This document shows, in pieces, positions 38,333 to 51,127 of a stretch of 64,000 nt of DNA. Position 1 is the stretch's first letter, and each line of letters begins with the position of its first letter. Source of the stretch: Anolis carolinensis. Lineage: Eukaryota. The notes under the pieces were generated by a model. That model worked only from the letters and a program-made list of their open reading frames with translations, did no database searches and had not been told where the DNA came from. The position numbers were made by a program, and so were the translations under genes. The stretch spans positions 158,113,036-158,177,035 of the forward strand of contig NC_085842.1 in the NCBI RefSeq assembly GCF_035594765.1. The letters run 5' to 3'.

Positions 38333-41300
38333 CTCAGGATATAATCTCATAATTATCAAAACCCCTCACAATGCCCTGGGAAGACTCTGGGAATACTCAA
38401 TTGAATTCTCAGAAGAGCCACAAGGGGTTTCTAAATATGATTCGATTTAATCTTGGGAATGTTTCCTCACCTAGTGTACCGGGCCGCCTCTGTGAGATCC
38501 TCATTGTATCAGCCAACACCCTGAACTACTCTTTGTCTGTTTGGGTGGCAACCATTGTTTAATCCTGACACTGGGACATCAAGGCCCACTAACTCTTGAT
38601 CAGCTTCATTCCTTTCTCCTTGTTCCTAGGAGAACCCGGAAACAGACACAAGTCTTCAAATATGCCTATGATATTTTATCAAATTTCCCTCCAAACCTGG
38701 AGACCAATTGGCAGCAACAACATCCAACCAACCAGCCTGCCACAATCTGGACCAATCGACATTCAGGGCAGCAGAAGTCCTTTGTTTCAAACTGCTGTCA
38801 AGGTCTTATAAATATTTCTGTATGTATGCATTGAGTTATGTCAGTTCTTTGAAGTGCTGTCTTCGCTGACTTTCTCTCTGCCCACTGAGAATAAAGCCTC
38901 TGATTCTGCCTTTAGTCCAGTAGTTCTCAACCTGTGGGTCCCCAGGTGTTTTGGCCTACAATTCCCATAAATCCCAGCCAGTTTACCAGCTGTTAGGATT
39001 TCTGAGAGGAAGGCCAAAACATCTGGGGACTCACAGGTTGAGAACCACTACTTTAGTCCATCTGTGTCTTATCTGGTCCTTTCGAAACTTGACATTCTGG
39101 GCCCCGAACCTACGATTTTAGCAGAACTGAAATCATGCAACATTCTTCTACACCTCTGCAGACACTTGTTATACTCCTCATATGGTCCAACATTTCATAC
39201 ATTAATATTAAGCCGTGTGGCCGAGCAAGATCTGAATGTGGTCAGAAGAATGTGGTTTGTTTTTAATGGAGAAGGATATGCAAAACTAGTATTTATAAAG
39301 CCCGATAATGTATGTACTGAATTTAAGAAAGCCTAGAAAAAAAGAACAAAAGTAGCCTGCCAAGAAGAGCAAGATTGCCCCCTTCTCTCTTCTTCTGAGT
39401 TGTGTACAAGCTAGTTTGGAATTTTCAACCCCGTTTGCAGCAAAGGAAGTTCAGGATGAAAGAAGAAAGTAGAAGAAAGGGAGAGGGACTGGGACAATTT
39501 AAATCTGTTGAAAAAGAATTACTGGTATCTATGATATACCTGCTCAATCAGGACAGTTGGAAGATATGACTCCCTAGCTTCCAGTCCCCATCATTATAGA
39601 ATTATTTTGTTAGGAGCAATTTGAGAAACTGCAAGTCCATGTGAGAGAATTAGCCATCTGCAAGGACGTTGCCCATCCTGTGGGAGGCTTCTCTCACATC
39701 CCTGCATGGGGAGCTGGAGCTGACAGACCGGGAGCTCACGCCGCTCCCCGGATTCGAACCACCGACCTTTCGGTCAGCAGTCCTACCAGCACAAGGGTTT
39801 ATCCCATTATAGAATGAAAACCTGAAAGAAGATTTTGCAAACAATCGTGATGCTGTTTGACAGATTGCTTTACTGTCCCCTCAAGGTATAGAGTCATCAT
39901 ATTACTACCTCCTTTATCCATTGGAATGGTATCTACAGTCAATTACGGACCAACCACCAAGACTCTACCCTTGGAAGACAATCATACCCAGCCAAAAGTA
40001 ATAGCCTATGATTATATGATGATGATGAACTGCTTTATCAGCAATTGGTTTCCCACTAACAGAACACTTATTTGCCATTCATGGTGTACAACTCCCATGT
40101 GAGTAATACATTGTGGATCACTCTGTGTATGGAGCAGGCTGTTTCTGGCAGTAGAAGTCTCTGTCTCACTAATGGAAGGGTCAGTCTTGCGGCCATGGCA
40201 TAAACCAGGCCTGTTATCAGAGGTTAATGGCCCAGCAAAAAGAATGAAGATAAAACTAAAGATATACACACACACACACATGCTCAGAACAAGGCCTCTA
40301 GGATATTTGTCACCACAGCAATTTAGAGCAGAGGTTTAGTCAGAGCTGTTCAAGAGGCTCCAATTTTCTCTGGGCTCCAGAGGATTTACCAGCTGGCTCA
40401 GTAATTGGGCAGGCAGGGCAAAAATTGCCAGGCCTGAAAGAGATGAGGACAATGGGACTTGCTGGACTCAGCATTTCACCGGGCCCAGCTTGTTCGAGGG
40501 ACATGAAGAGGGAATCAATATATATACACCACATCAAACACACACTCTGATGCAGTCTCCCATTTTATTGTGCATCAGGCTTACGGCAGGCGTTGGCTTA
40601 TGCCTGTTGTTGAACTCCACCCATGTGGAAGAGAGGACAAAGGGGTGCAGTAGGACTTTTGGGGATGTTCTCTGATCAATGCTACAGAGAGGAGGGGGAC
40701 ATGGTGAAAGGGAACAGACATGCCAAGGGGCATATGATAAAATTGGTGTCAGAGTGTGAAAGGAAATTCTAGAGGCCTAATTTCTAGTTCTTCCAAATTC
40801 TACCTCAGTTTTCATAATCATGTCAATCTTGGGGCACAAGACAGAAAATCCCCTACTTCCTCCTGTTTCAACCCAGGGATAAAAAGAGCCCAGAAATCCT
40901 GGGCTCTAGCATTTCCCCCAGTGTTATTCCTCCGTGTTCTCTAAGCAGAAGAGAAATCCCATTTTCCTGTGCTGCAGGGATGACTGAAAATATTTTGCCT
41001 CAGACATTTGCTGTGAGAGGCAAAGGACAATTTGTGTCATCGGGCATTTGGAAAAGGATAAGGGGCACACTGCTGGGGAGGTTGTGGATGGGATTTTGGT
41101 GGGATGGTGAACCTTAAATGTAATTTTAATTGTATTTTGATATTTGTATCCATGACACAAATATTTTTTTATCCATATGTATATGTATTTGCCTTGTTTT
41201 TAGATTCAATTATATTGTGTTATATTAGTGTTAGGCACCTTGAATCCCTATGGAGGGAAAGGCGGGATAAAAGTAAAGTAAATAAATAAAATAAGATTTG

Positions 41301-41684
41301 TGGCAGCATACTAGTGTAATGGGGTCATGGTAAGTTGTGTGAAATGTACAGCTCTGTCTTCCAGTATTAGGGTTGCCACAGTGAATGCTAGAATCCCCTT
41401 AAGGGTTGTGTAGAAGAAGGAATTTGAGCTTGTTATCTGCTGGAATTCCCTCTTTCTACACAACCATTAAATGTACAGAAACCCTTTCCAGTTTGCACTC
41501 TACTGCCATTTCTACCTGCAGTGCCACCTAAAGGGCTTATATTTCAGACCCACGTCAGTGCCAGGGCCCAATCAGTCATATACATGTATGATAACAAGTG
41601 GGTGACATGGTAAGGAAATGCTGATAGGGTGACAGATAGGGTAACAGTAAGAATATGACTGGTAGCCATTGATGCTACTGCATC

Positions 41685-41888
41685 CTACTCAGAGCCAAGT
41701 TCTCCCTTGCAAGGGGGCTTGGCAGAAGCAGAGAGCGATGAACGAGACATACTGGCTGCCTCCACAATTTCAATGTCACGGCAGGTCAGACAAGCAACTA
41801 GCTTCTCCCGTGAAGCACTGTGAGCCAAGAAGAACTCATAGGATACTCCAGCAAGGATTGCACCCATTGTGGGTCCAAGCCAGTACAC
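41685..41888 (-). CDS. AQP14: AQP14 exon 5 (VYWLGPTMGAILAG...REKLVACLTCRDIEIVEAASMSRSSLS...GSE*)
   Basis: ttccag| acceptor; the C-terminal ACLTCxDIEIVE..SRSSLS is recalled as characteristic of Aqp14; tandem position upstream of AQP0; total 273 aa. Confidence 0.9.
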   Translation of the reverse strand: MYWLGPTMGAILAGVSYEFFLAHSASREKLVACLTCRDIEIVEAASMSRSSLSASAKPPCKGELGSE

Positions 41889-42304
41889 CTGGAAAAGAAG
41901 CAGAAAGGGAGCAGCTGAGAGAGAGAAAGCATAAAGAGCACAAAGTTGGTTTAGAAACAATAAGTCATCTTCCAGGGAAAGAGTGTGAGGAAGAGAAGAG
42001 TGCACAAAAGGAACTGAGATTGATACAGTGACAGTTTAACCACCTTGCAGTTGAACCACTTTGATGGGGGATCAAGAGAGATGGTCAAACAATGCCTTAA
42101 GTGGGACTCAGTGATTCCAGCTGGTAACACAAAGGTAGAGAACCCAAAGGAGGTACTGGCTGCAATCACATCTTAAAGTGAACTATATTCACAACAGGTA
42201 CAACATGTAAGCATGCCCAGTTCCTCAATTATCACCTACAGAGAATAGAGAACTATCCAAATATATGATGTCAGACGGAGGATAGAGTGTTTCCATCTGC
42301 TTAC

Positions 42305-42385
42305 CCAATGATGCTCCCAGATTCCTGTGACTACTGCTGGTCCCAATGATCGGGCTGGGTTCATGCTGCCCCCAGAGAAAGCACC
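42305..42385 (-). CDS. AQP14: AQP14 exon 4 ([27 protein letters not shown])
   Basis: ttatag| acceptor, TGG|gtaagc donor, 81 nt; second NPA motif. Confidence 0.93.
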
Positions 42386-42974
42386 CTATAAAAGGATCAC
42401 ATTGGCACGATCAGTGATGGTATATCAATGTTCTCCTTTGTTCCATGAACTGACTTACATTATCTTTTTTAAAAATCCTGCTTTTTTTAAACTGGTGTTT
42501 GTCACTATCATTTGTCATTTATGAAGCACTCTAGATTAAATAGATACTGGTGAGAGATAGAGATATGAAAATAACACATTCCTATATTTTGGTATTCAAA
42601 CAGTCAATTTGCAAATAATCTTTTAATTATAGTGCAGCATGTGTAGAATGTAGGTGTATGGTTTTTTTTTTAAAAAAACCCCAGTAACAACAAAAATCCA
42701 GATTTTGCAAACAGAATCAATTCATTATTAGGCAGAAATTTGACATATATTTCCTTATTAAATTATTATGTGTGCAAATACATAATCCATGATTTGTCAG
42801 TGTTTATTGTGAACTAGTGATCACATACAATGCTGTATGCAGGTATATAATTTCTCCTTTGCTTGATCCTGAGCTTAGAATGATATCTCACTGTTTCATA
42901 GATTCTTGATTACATTTGATGGTCAATAATACCAGTGAAATCAAGACAATGATCTGGCAATCCCTTACATGTTA

Positions 42975-43730
42975 CAAAGACGGTTGAAGACCATTCGGAA
43001 ACTACAGCTGGTACAAAGATCAGCGGCCAAATTAAATTAAATTAAATTAATAGCTAGCTATCGAGAGCAGTCAACTTCCTGTTTAAGCAGCTCCACTGGC
43101 TACCGATAAGTTTCCGGGCCCAATTCAAGGTGCAGGTTATCACCCACAAAGCCCTAAATGGTTCAGGACCTGCTTATCTCTGTGATTGCCTCTTCCTCAT
43201 GATCGCCTCTGACCTAAGATCTTCCGGGGAGGGCCTTCTCTCGCTCCCACCTCCGTCTCAAGCATGGTTGGTGGGGACCACAGAGAGGACCTTCTCGGTA
43301 GTGGCTCTCCGATTCTGGAACTTGCTCCCTTCATTGTCCACCTTCCGCAGGAGTCTAAAAACATGGATGTTCCGGTGTGCTTTTGAGTGAAGAGGTCACG
43401 AGCCATGTATCTTGTTTTCAAACTGTGCTGCACTTTAATATTGCCCCCCATTTTATAGGTTTTAGTGTTTTAATGCGATCGGTTCCTTGTCCTCCCCACC
43501 CATCTCTATTTTACTTATGGACTTTACTCAGAGTTTTGCACTAATCACCCTCTATACATAGCAATTGATGTCTTAGTTTTAATAATTGTCATGTAATGTT
43601 GTTTTATAACTATGTTATTATATTGCGTTTTAAATGTATTGACTGTTTTTCTTATGTGAGCTGCCCCGAGTCCCTTCGGGGAGATGGATGCGGGGTACAA
43701 GAATAAAGTTATTATATTATTATTATTATT
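42975..43730 (+). mobile_element. L2 LINE 3' fragment in AQP14 intron 3
   Basis: QLHWLP...QFKV...HKALNGSGPAYL...LRSSGEGLL...RTFSVVA..WN.LP; (TTA)n tail. Confidence 0.85.
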
Positions 43731-44408
43731 AGTAAAGACAATACAAAGAATCTGTGTCTGTGTAAACTGGGGCATCTACACTGCCATATAATGCATTATA
43801 TGAGTCTACACTGCCATATAATAAGAGAAACACATGCAAAACAGACTATTGTTGTATGGTGTGGATATCTTACAGTTACATGAACCAAATATTTTGTCCG
43901 AAATGTTGGTGGGGGGAATGGCTGTCATTCAGTTGAAATACATTTTCTAACCAATATCTTAAAGCAGGGATGGGATGGGAACCTCACATCAATGAGCCAG
44001 ATACTGCTTTTGAGACTCCCATTTTTTCTGATTGGAGAGAAGGGTGATCACCTTCATTCATACTCCATCATTTCCCCAAAATGAGACACAAGGTGGACTA
44101 GACATTAACACAAGTACAATATAATTCAAACATATTAAAATCAATGTCAATAACATTGACATTGACATTAAAAGAGATCAATAACATTATTTAAGACGTT
44201 GAGAAAATGTGCTCATATGCAGAGAATTATATCTGGCTTTTCTAATTATGCTCTGCCTTACTCCATGCCCTTCACCCTACTCATTACTGCAGTGACTCCC
44301 AACCCATAGGTCTTCTGTGGGGTTGCCAGACAGTGGTGAACAATAAAAATTTTACAAAGGGAAAACAAAACATCATGTCATCCAAACATCACCATGCTTG
44401 TGTTTTGA

Positions 44409-44534
<126 letters not shown>

Positions 44535-44559
44535 TAATTCTGAATTTTTAAGCTTGTTA

Positions 44560-44889
44560 GGTAAAGGGTAAAGGTTTTCCCCTGACGTTAAGTCTAGTTG
44601 TGTCCGACTCTGGGGGTTGGTGCTCATCTCCATTTCTAAACCGAAGAGCCGGCATTGTCCATAGACACCTCCTAGGTCATGTGGCATGCATGACTGCATG
44701 GAGCACTGTTACCTTCCCGCCCGAGCGGTACCTATTGATCTACTGCCATTTGCATGTTTTCAAACTGCTAGGTTGACAAGCTGGGGCTAACAGCGAGCGC
44801 ACACTCCGCTCCCCGGATTCAAACCTGTGACCTTTTGGTCCACAAGTTCAGCAGCTCAGCGTTTTAATACACTGCGCCACTGGGGGCCC
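44560..44889 (-). mobile_element. Sauria SINE
   Basis: Homology to the other copies; TSD TTAAGCTTGTTA. Confidence 0.9.
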
Positions 44890-45225
44890 TTAAGCTTGTT
44901 AATGAGTTATAATTTCAATCATCACATTAAATATGTCATACGTTAACATTCTTTTGAATTATATTATACTGAAAAATCTTTTGTGTTTTCATTTACCCTA
45001 TTAATGAGCCTATTTTTAATTTATTGGGGTCGTGGGTCACTTTGCATCGATAAAATGGAGTCATGACTCGGAAAAGGTTAGGAACCATTTCATTAGTGGA
45101 ATGTATTCCCTAAGACCCCTCCCAAATTGGATTTGACTTTGGAGGGGACAATATCATGTGTGTCTCCCTCTCCCACTGCCCTTCCCCATTAAAAGGATAT
45201 CTTGCTTGACTGTGAAGGCTCTTAC

Positions 45226-45390
45226 TGCAGTGAGAGCTCCTGCCACCACAGAGAAGCCAATGGCCAGGATCCCCGGCTCGCCTGTTTCATGCCTCCGATG
45301 GTTTTCGACAGCAAAGATAGTGAGAGCCAGCTGGAAGGTGGAAAAAACCTCCATTCCTAAAGCCTGCCCAGCATTTCCCTCACTGCTGAC
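45226..45390 (-). CDS. AQP14: AQP14 exon 3 (VSSEGNAGQALGMEVFSTFQLALTIFAVENHRRHETGEPGILAIGFSVVAGALTA)
   Basis: actcag| acceptor, GCA|gtaaga donor, 165 nt (same size as MIP exon 2). Confidence 0.92.
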
Positions 45391-45714
45391 CTGAGTGAGT
45401 GATAAAGAAGAGAGAAAAGGGAAAGGATGAAGAAGGGAGAATGTGAAAGAAACATATTAGCATCTGATGACTTTTTACATACATCTCTAAAGACACTCGG
45501 TATTTCCTGGAATCTTCTTTCCAAGTACTACCGAAGGCTGACCCTGCTTAGCCGTCAAGGTCAGGCAAGAGCTAGTAACTTCAGGGGGTACTTATTTAGA
45601 TAATGTTAATTTGGCTCCCATTTCAAGACAGTTTACAATTTCCTCACCCACCATGGTCTTCCTAACTATGTACATTTCTAGCTAGCAGATATTGGGGGAG
45701 GAGGGGTTGAAGAT

Positions 45715-45745
<31 letters not shown>

Positions 45746-46140
45746 TTAAACTTATATACCGCTACTCCCAGTTTGGCTCAGAGCAGTTTACAAAAATAGA
45801 TTAAAACAATACACTTGGCTTTAAAATAGCAATAAAAACAATAAAAACAACAATAAAAGCAACAATAAAAACAGACATAGCCCGAGTTTTTCACCCATTG
45901 AAAGCTTGTCGGAAGAGCAAGGTTTTGCAGGCTTTCCGAAAGGCAAGTAAGTCTCGGGTGGTTCGAGTTTCAACTGGCAAGGCATTCCATAATTGAGGGG
46001 CTACAATCGAGAAGGCTCTCTGCCTAGTAGAAGACAAATGATAAGTCCGTATGTTAGGGACTTCAAGCAAATTTTGGTCTTTGGACCAAAGTAATCTCTG
46101 GGGTTGGTAGGGGGATAAGCGGGGCCTCAGGTACGCTGTT
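45715..46140 (-). mobile_element. L2 LINE 3' fragment
   Basis: ORF 45891..46154 AYLRPRLSPY...RAFSIVAPQLWNALP...FRKACKTLLF; (TAAA)n tail. Confidence 0.85.
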
Positions 46141-47352
46141 GACTTCCTATACACAACAATTGTAGGAAGATTGTTTATTGGGGGTTGGCAAGAGATTTTG
46201 TTAAGGGCATCCTATCCAGAGATTTCTGACCCATTTTGTGATTATTGGATGAGATCTATACAGCAATCTGTAGGGAAAATAGATATCCAATTAGTCTACA
46301 TTTAAGTAGCCAATAGGAGGAGGGCAAAAAGCAATGGATTGAGCAAGGATCAGCAAAGCGATGTTCAGCACCTAGCCACTAAGGCCCCTTCTACACTGTC
46401 ATATAATCCAGATTATCAAAGCAGATAATCCACATTATCTGCTTTAAACTGCCATATAATTCAGTTCAAAGTAGATAATGTGGATTTTATATGGCAGTGT
46501 AGATCCAGCCAGAGTCTAGAAAGAGAGAAAAGGAGGGAAAGGGGAGAAAAATGAAGATGAGAGGGGTAACCCTTCTAGAAGGACCAAGTTTCATCAGGGA
46601 GATTCTTTGGGTTCAGTTAGCCAGAATTCAGTAATGGTGCACAATCATTGTGGGATCTGAGATTACAGTTAATGGAATACCATAGGACAGGGATGTCAAA
46701 ATCATTTTCATTGAGGGCCACATCAGTCTTATGGTTGCCTTTAAAAAGCCGTTGAATCCACGGATGGAGAATCTGTGGATACAGAGGGCTAACTATATAT
46801 TTTTTAAAAAATAGTGGCCAATGCTCTTGGGTCACCAGATATTATTGAATGACAATTCCCATCATTTTTTTATTATTTGTCATGTGGACTGGGGATAACG
46901 GAAATTGCAACCCCAATAATACTTGTGGCTCTGAGTTTGGGGAAAGTTTAAAGGACATTTTAAAGTTAGACATCATATCAACAAGCCTTGCCTCTAAATC
47001 CAAACCCCACTATCCCAACTGAACAGAACAAACTTCAGTCTTCCAGATGTTGTTTACTGTATTTATCACAACTCTCATCAGCACTAATCATTACGTCTAA
47101 TGATGAGGAATACAAGCACTGGAGGACCACATAAAATAACATGGCGGGGCAGATTTGGACCATAAACCTTGAGTTTGACACATGTGTCATAGACTATGTC
47201 TGATCTACAGACACCTGTAATTAAATACATTTATTTTTATTGTTGGCTCAGGAAGACAGAGTAAAGTTTCATTTTCTTTGTTATCTAATGATGGGTGCAG
47301 GAGACCATAAAGAGAAGGAGGGAAAAAGGAAGACAGATTGAAGAAGACTCAC

Positions 47353-47709
47353 CTTTGTGACCAAATGTCCAATGGCAGTGGTGGGCAGAATAAGATAGAA
47401 AATTCCAGATGCTATGATAGCACCCAAACACTGAGCAGTAATATAGCTTGCTGCATGCAAAACATCCAGTTTGCGGGTGCACAGGAAGGCCATGGTGAGG
47501 GCTGGGTTGACTTGAGCACCACTGATCTCTCCAAAGCAGTGAGCCAGGCTGACAGCTACCATCCCTGCGGCAAGGGCTGGCTGGAGCGGGGAAGGGAGCT
47601 CCTCTGTTGGACCAGCTGGGGAAGAGGCACCCAGCACCACCCAGACAAAGATAAGGGTGCCAGAGGCTTCTGCCAAGAGGCTGCCCCAGAACCTACGGCT
47701 TTGTAGCAC
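47353..47709 (-). CDS. AQP14: AQP14 exon 2 (VLQSRRFWGSLLAEASG...SGAQVNPALT...GHLVTK)
   Basis: ctccag| acceptor, AAG|gtgagt donor, 357 nt; first NPA motif. Confidence 0.92.
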
Positions 47710-48671
47710 CTGGAGTGGAAGGAATAGAAAAAGTAATCTTGAATGGCCCATTACTCATGCAAACTGGCACAAAGGACAATTTGGTGGGATATGCCACTAC
47801 AACAATCAATCCTTTCAATAAATGTGAGATAGTAGATCAGTCCTTAAATGTTGTATAGCTGGAGTTTAAAATAAAACCACAGGCAGTGTGGATTTTGCTA
47901 TACAGATCCAAAGTTGATTTTGTTGTGCAGTAGATTCACTGTACAGGTTTTACCAGTACATAACCTAGGGAGGAATAATTGTTTCTCCCATGCTCCCATA
48001 TTAGGAAGGGATTGCGTCATTTTGTCCAATTATTTTCAAAAATCTCATCAATCTGATATCTGCAAGGACAAAACATATTTTAATTTTAAAAAAAGGGGAC
48101 ACTGGCTGAACTAGTCCTTCTAACTCTAAAATGCTCAAGCATATTATATTTTGTTCTCATCATAGTTGTGTGAGGGCAGAGCTGGGAGTCATGCAGCCTT
48201 CTAGCTTGACTTCAACTCCTATCAGCCCTAGTCAACACTGCTAATGGTGAGAACTGTTGAGAGCAACACTTCAACATTGAAGGTTGTGTTTTGGCTATTT
48301 CTGATACAGACAAGTATAGAAACTCAAAATTCAGTATGCTTACTTAGAAAAAGAAAAGAGTTCTGGAATAAAGTTATCACTAGCAGCTAAACAAAGGCCA
48401 AAAGGGAATAATAAAAAACTCACAAAAGTGATATCCATCTCTATAGCTTCTGGGATCTGGCAGTCAGATCCTAGAAGCTTAAAAGAATGGCATTTGTACT
48501 TTGTTGCGGGTAACCATCATCAAGTCAACTATGACTTATGGTGACTCTATGTATGAAAAATCTCCTGGTCATTTATAGCCCTGCTCAGGTCTTGCAGACT
48601 CAGGGTTGTGGCTTCCTTGACTGAATATGTATTTTAGTACTGAACAAATTGGGAGGAATTGGATTTCAGTA

Positions 48672-49513
48672 AAGGAACAGTGGCAAAAATATACAATTTA
48701 ATGGTAGAAGATAAGGAATTTATGATCCGAGCAATACGTAACAAATGGAATGGGGTTAAAATATTAAGCACACAAGAAGTAGACGAAATAATTAGGAACA
48801 TAAATAAAATAAAAACAGAAAAATATAATGAATTAGAAAAAAAGATGGTATTAAGATGGTATAGAACTCCTGAACAACTGTCTTATATGATAAAAGGGAA
48901 GAATTCAAAGTGCTGGCATTGTAATAAAGAAAAGGGCACTTATTCACATATGTGGTGGGAGTGTTCTGAATTAAAAAAATTTTGGCTAATGATACAAGGG
49001 AAAATCCAGGACTTATTACAGATAACAATACAAATTAATAATGATTTGTTACTTTGGGGAGTGCTGGATCATCCAAGTATAAAAACTGAGTGCCAATAGT
49101 TATTGAAAGCAACAATAAGAGCAGCACATGCTGTGACTGCTAGAGGATGGAGAGACAAATCGAAATGGACGTTAAATAATTGGAATGATTATTTGTATGA
49201 TCAAGTGTTGTTAGATATTACAGGAATTATGACTAACCAAGTAACAAGAATGAATAAACAAAAGGACATTACAAACAGATGGAAAGACTACTTCAACTGG
49301 GTGAAAAATGGAGGAGCCAACGATTACATTAAAGAAAAAATACAAAGACTTTACCTGTGGCTGGATCTGCAAGATTAATATAAACATACTGTGGTTGAGG
49401 AGGGAGGGTGTGGGTGGTAGGGAGGGAAAAAATATTGGAAAAAAGGGAAGTAGTGTTGTTATGAATTATGAATTATGAATGTAAAACCCAATAAAAATGT
49501 TTTAAAAAAAAAA
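48672..49513 (+). mobile_element. 5'-truncated L1/Tx1-clade LINE in AQP14 intron 1
   Basis: ORF2 C-terminal zinc knuckle KCWHCNKEKGTYSHMWWEC, AATAAA plus A-tail, 16-bp TSD GAATTGGATTTCAGTA (48656-48671 and 49514-49529). Confidence 0.9.
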
Positions 49514-49536
49514 GAATTGGATTTCAGTAGTAGTTA

Positions 49537-49877
49537 AAGGTAAAGTAGGTAAAGGTAAAGGTTTCCCCTGACGTTAAGTCCAGTCATGTCCGACTCTGGG
49601 GGTTGGTGCTCATCTCCGTTTCTAAGCCGAAGAGCCGGCGTTGTCCGTAGACACCTCCAAGGTCATATGGCCGGCATGACTGCATGGCGCGCCATTACCT
49701 TCCTGCCGGAGCAGTACCTATTGATCTACTCACGTTTGCATGTTTTCAAACTGCTAGGTTGGCAGGAGCTGGGGCTAATAGCGGGTGCTCATTCCACTCC
49801 TGGGATTTGAACCTGGCACCTTTTGGTCCGCAATTTCAGCAGCTCAGCGCTTTAACACACTGTGCCACCAGGGGCCC
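49537..49877 (-). mobile_element. Sauria SINE
   Basis: Homology to the other copies; (ACCTTT)n tail. Confidence 0.9.
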
Positions 49878-50694
49878 TTTGAGTAGTACCGGTAGTTAGA
49901 TTATCTCAAAACAGACAGGAATTTCGAGGCTCTATTCATTAGTTATCATGTACAGTATTTAAAGCTCCCTAGACTCCCCACTTCTAATTTTTTTCAAGTC
50001 AGATCTGGCTCAGCAAAAGTAAAGCCTTACGCTGACCTCTCCGTGCATATGCTTGCTCCCTTTCTGTTTGTCTCTCCTTTCTTTGGCCAGCAGTTGCTGG
50101 TTTGCTGCAAAGGACCAGAACAATCCTGTCAATGAAAAGATGCCAACAAAAGCCACCTCCCCACAACCTATAGGTGTCATATGTACTTGTCACATGTAAT
50201 TAATGCGCAGTGTGGAAATATTTAGGGCCAATTAATAGGGAAGCAATTTTGAGGTTAGCTTTTAAATACCTATATTTAAAAAAGGAAGAACTGCCTGCCC
50301 TCTGGAAACACTATCTGCCAGACACTCAAAATGTTTCATTCCTGATGATGAATATCTCAGCACAGTTAATACTTTAACCAAAAATACTCCATCTTTGCAA
50401 TGTCTGCAATCTTTTTTCTTGTTAGTGGTTGTAAAGAACAATCAGTTGCTTGCCTCTTGAAATATATGAATTTATGGATTATCAAAAACAAACACTTTTT
50501 TTCTTAGCAGGTGTAAACATGGATTTTAAAATAAAACAGAGATTGTCATTTGGAAGTTAAATGTTCTCGGGGATTAAAACATAGCCACCAAGATGGAAAG
50601 AAAATATTTAAATGATCATAGGGAGGGACTGTTTAAAAAAAGAGATTAAATAAGCAAAATGCTGAAAAAAATGGATGAACAATTACCGAAAATA

Positions 50695-51012
50695 ACACTA
50701 CATATATAATAAAAAAAATTCCCCGGGTTATAAATGTCATTTCCTAATTTGTTCTGCTATGAAAACACGGAAAAGGTTTATTAAACTGCAAAAACTTTGT
50801 TTTATGCAGGACATCCTGCAACACATTTTACTAAAGTTTGTCAATGAACATCTCACCAAATCTCAACCAACTCAACACAGTTTGTGGCAGCCACAAAAAT
50901 GAAGTTTCTGGAATATAACAACTACTTTCAAAGGAAATACTGCACAATTAAACAGGAAATAACACTTTAAAACCAGAAAGAGAAAATTTTCCAAATTTTG
51001 TTACATAGTGTA
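50695..51012. mobile_element. Probable non-autonomous DNA transposon
   Basis: Degenerate inverted ends ACACTACATATAATAAAA / TTTTGTTACATAGTGTA. Confidence 0.5.
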
Positions 51013-51112
51013 ATGAGTGATGGCAAGAATTACAGAAGGATGGGAAGAAAAATGGGGAAGAAGCAGGGTATTTGACTACATCTGGGAGTCAAAGAGGGAT
51101 GGATGTCCTTAC

Positions 51113-51127
51113 CTCCCTGATGCCCAT
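51113..51127 (-). CDS. AQP14: AQP14 coding exon 1 (MGIRE)
   Basis: Strong Kozak gcaccATGG, then GAG|gtaagg donor, phase 0; joins exon 2 to give MGIREVLQSRRFW, aligning with the AQP0 N-terminus [10 protein letters not shown]; TTTATAA about 130 nt upstream. Confidence 0.8.

Noticed and set aside
47710-47751. ATG at 47751 as the AQP14 start
   Set aside because: The sequence is a polypyrimidine tract and acceptor (encodes LLFLFLPLQ); the exon at 51113-51127 is a better start
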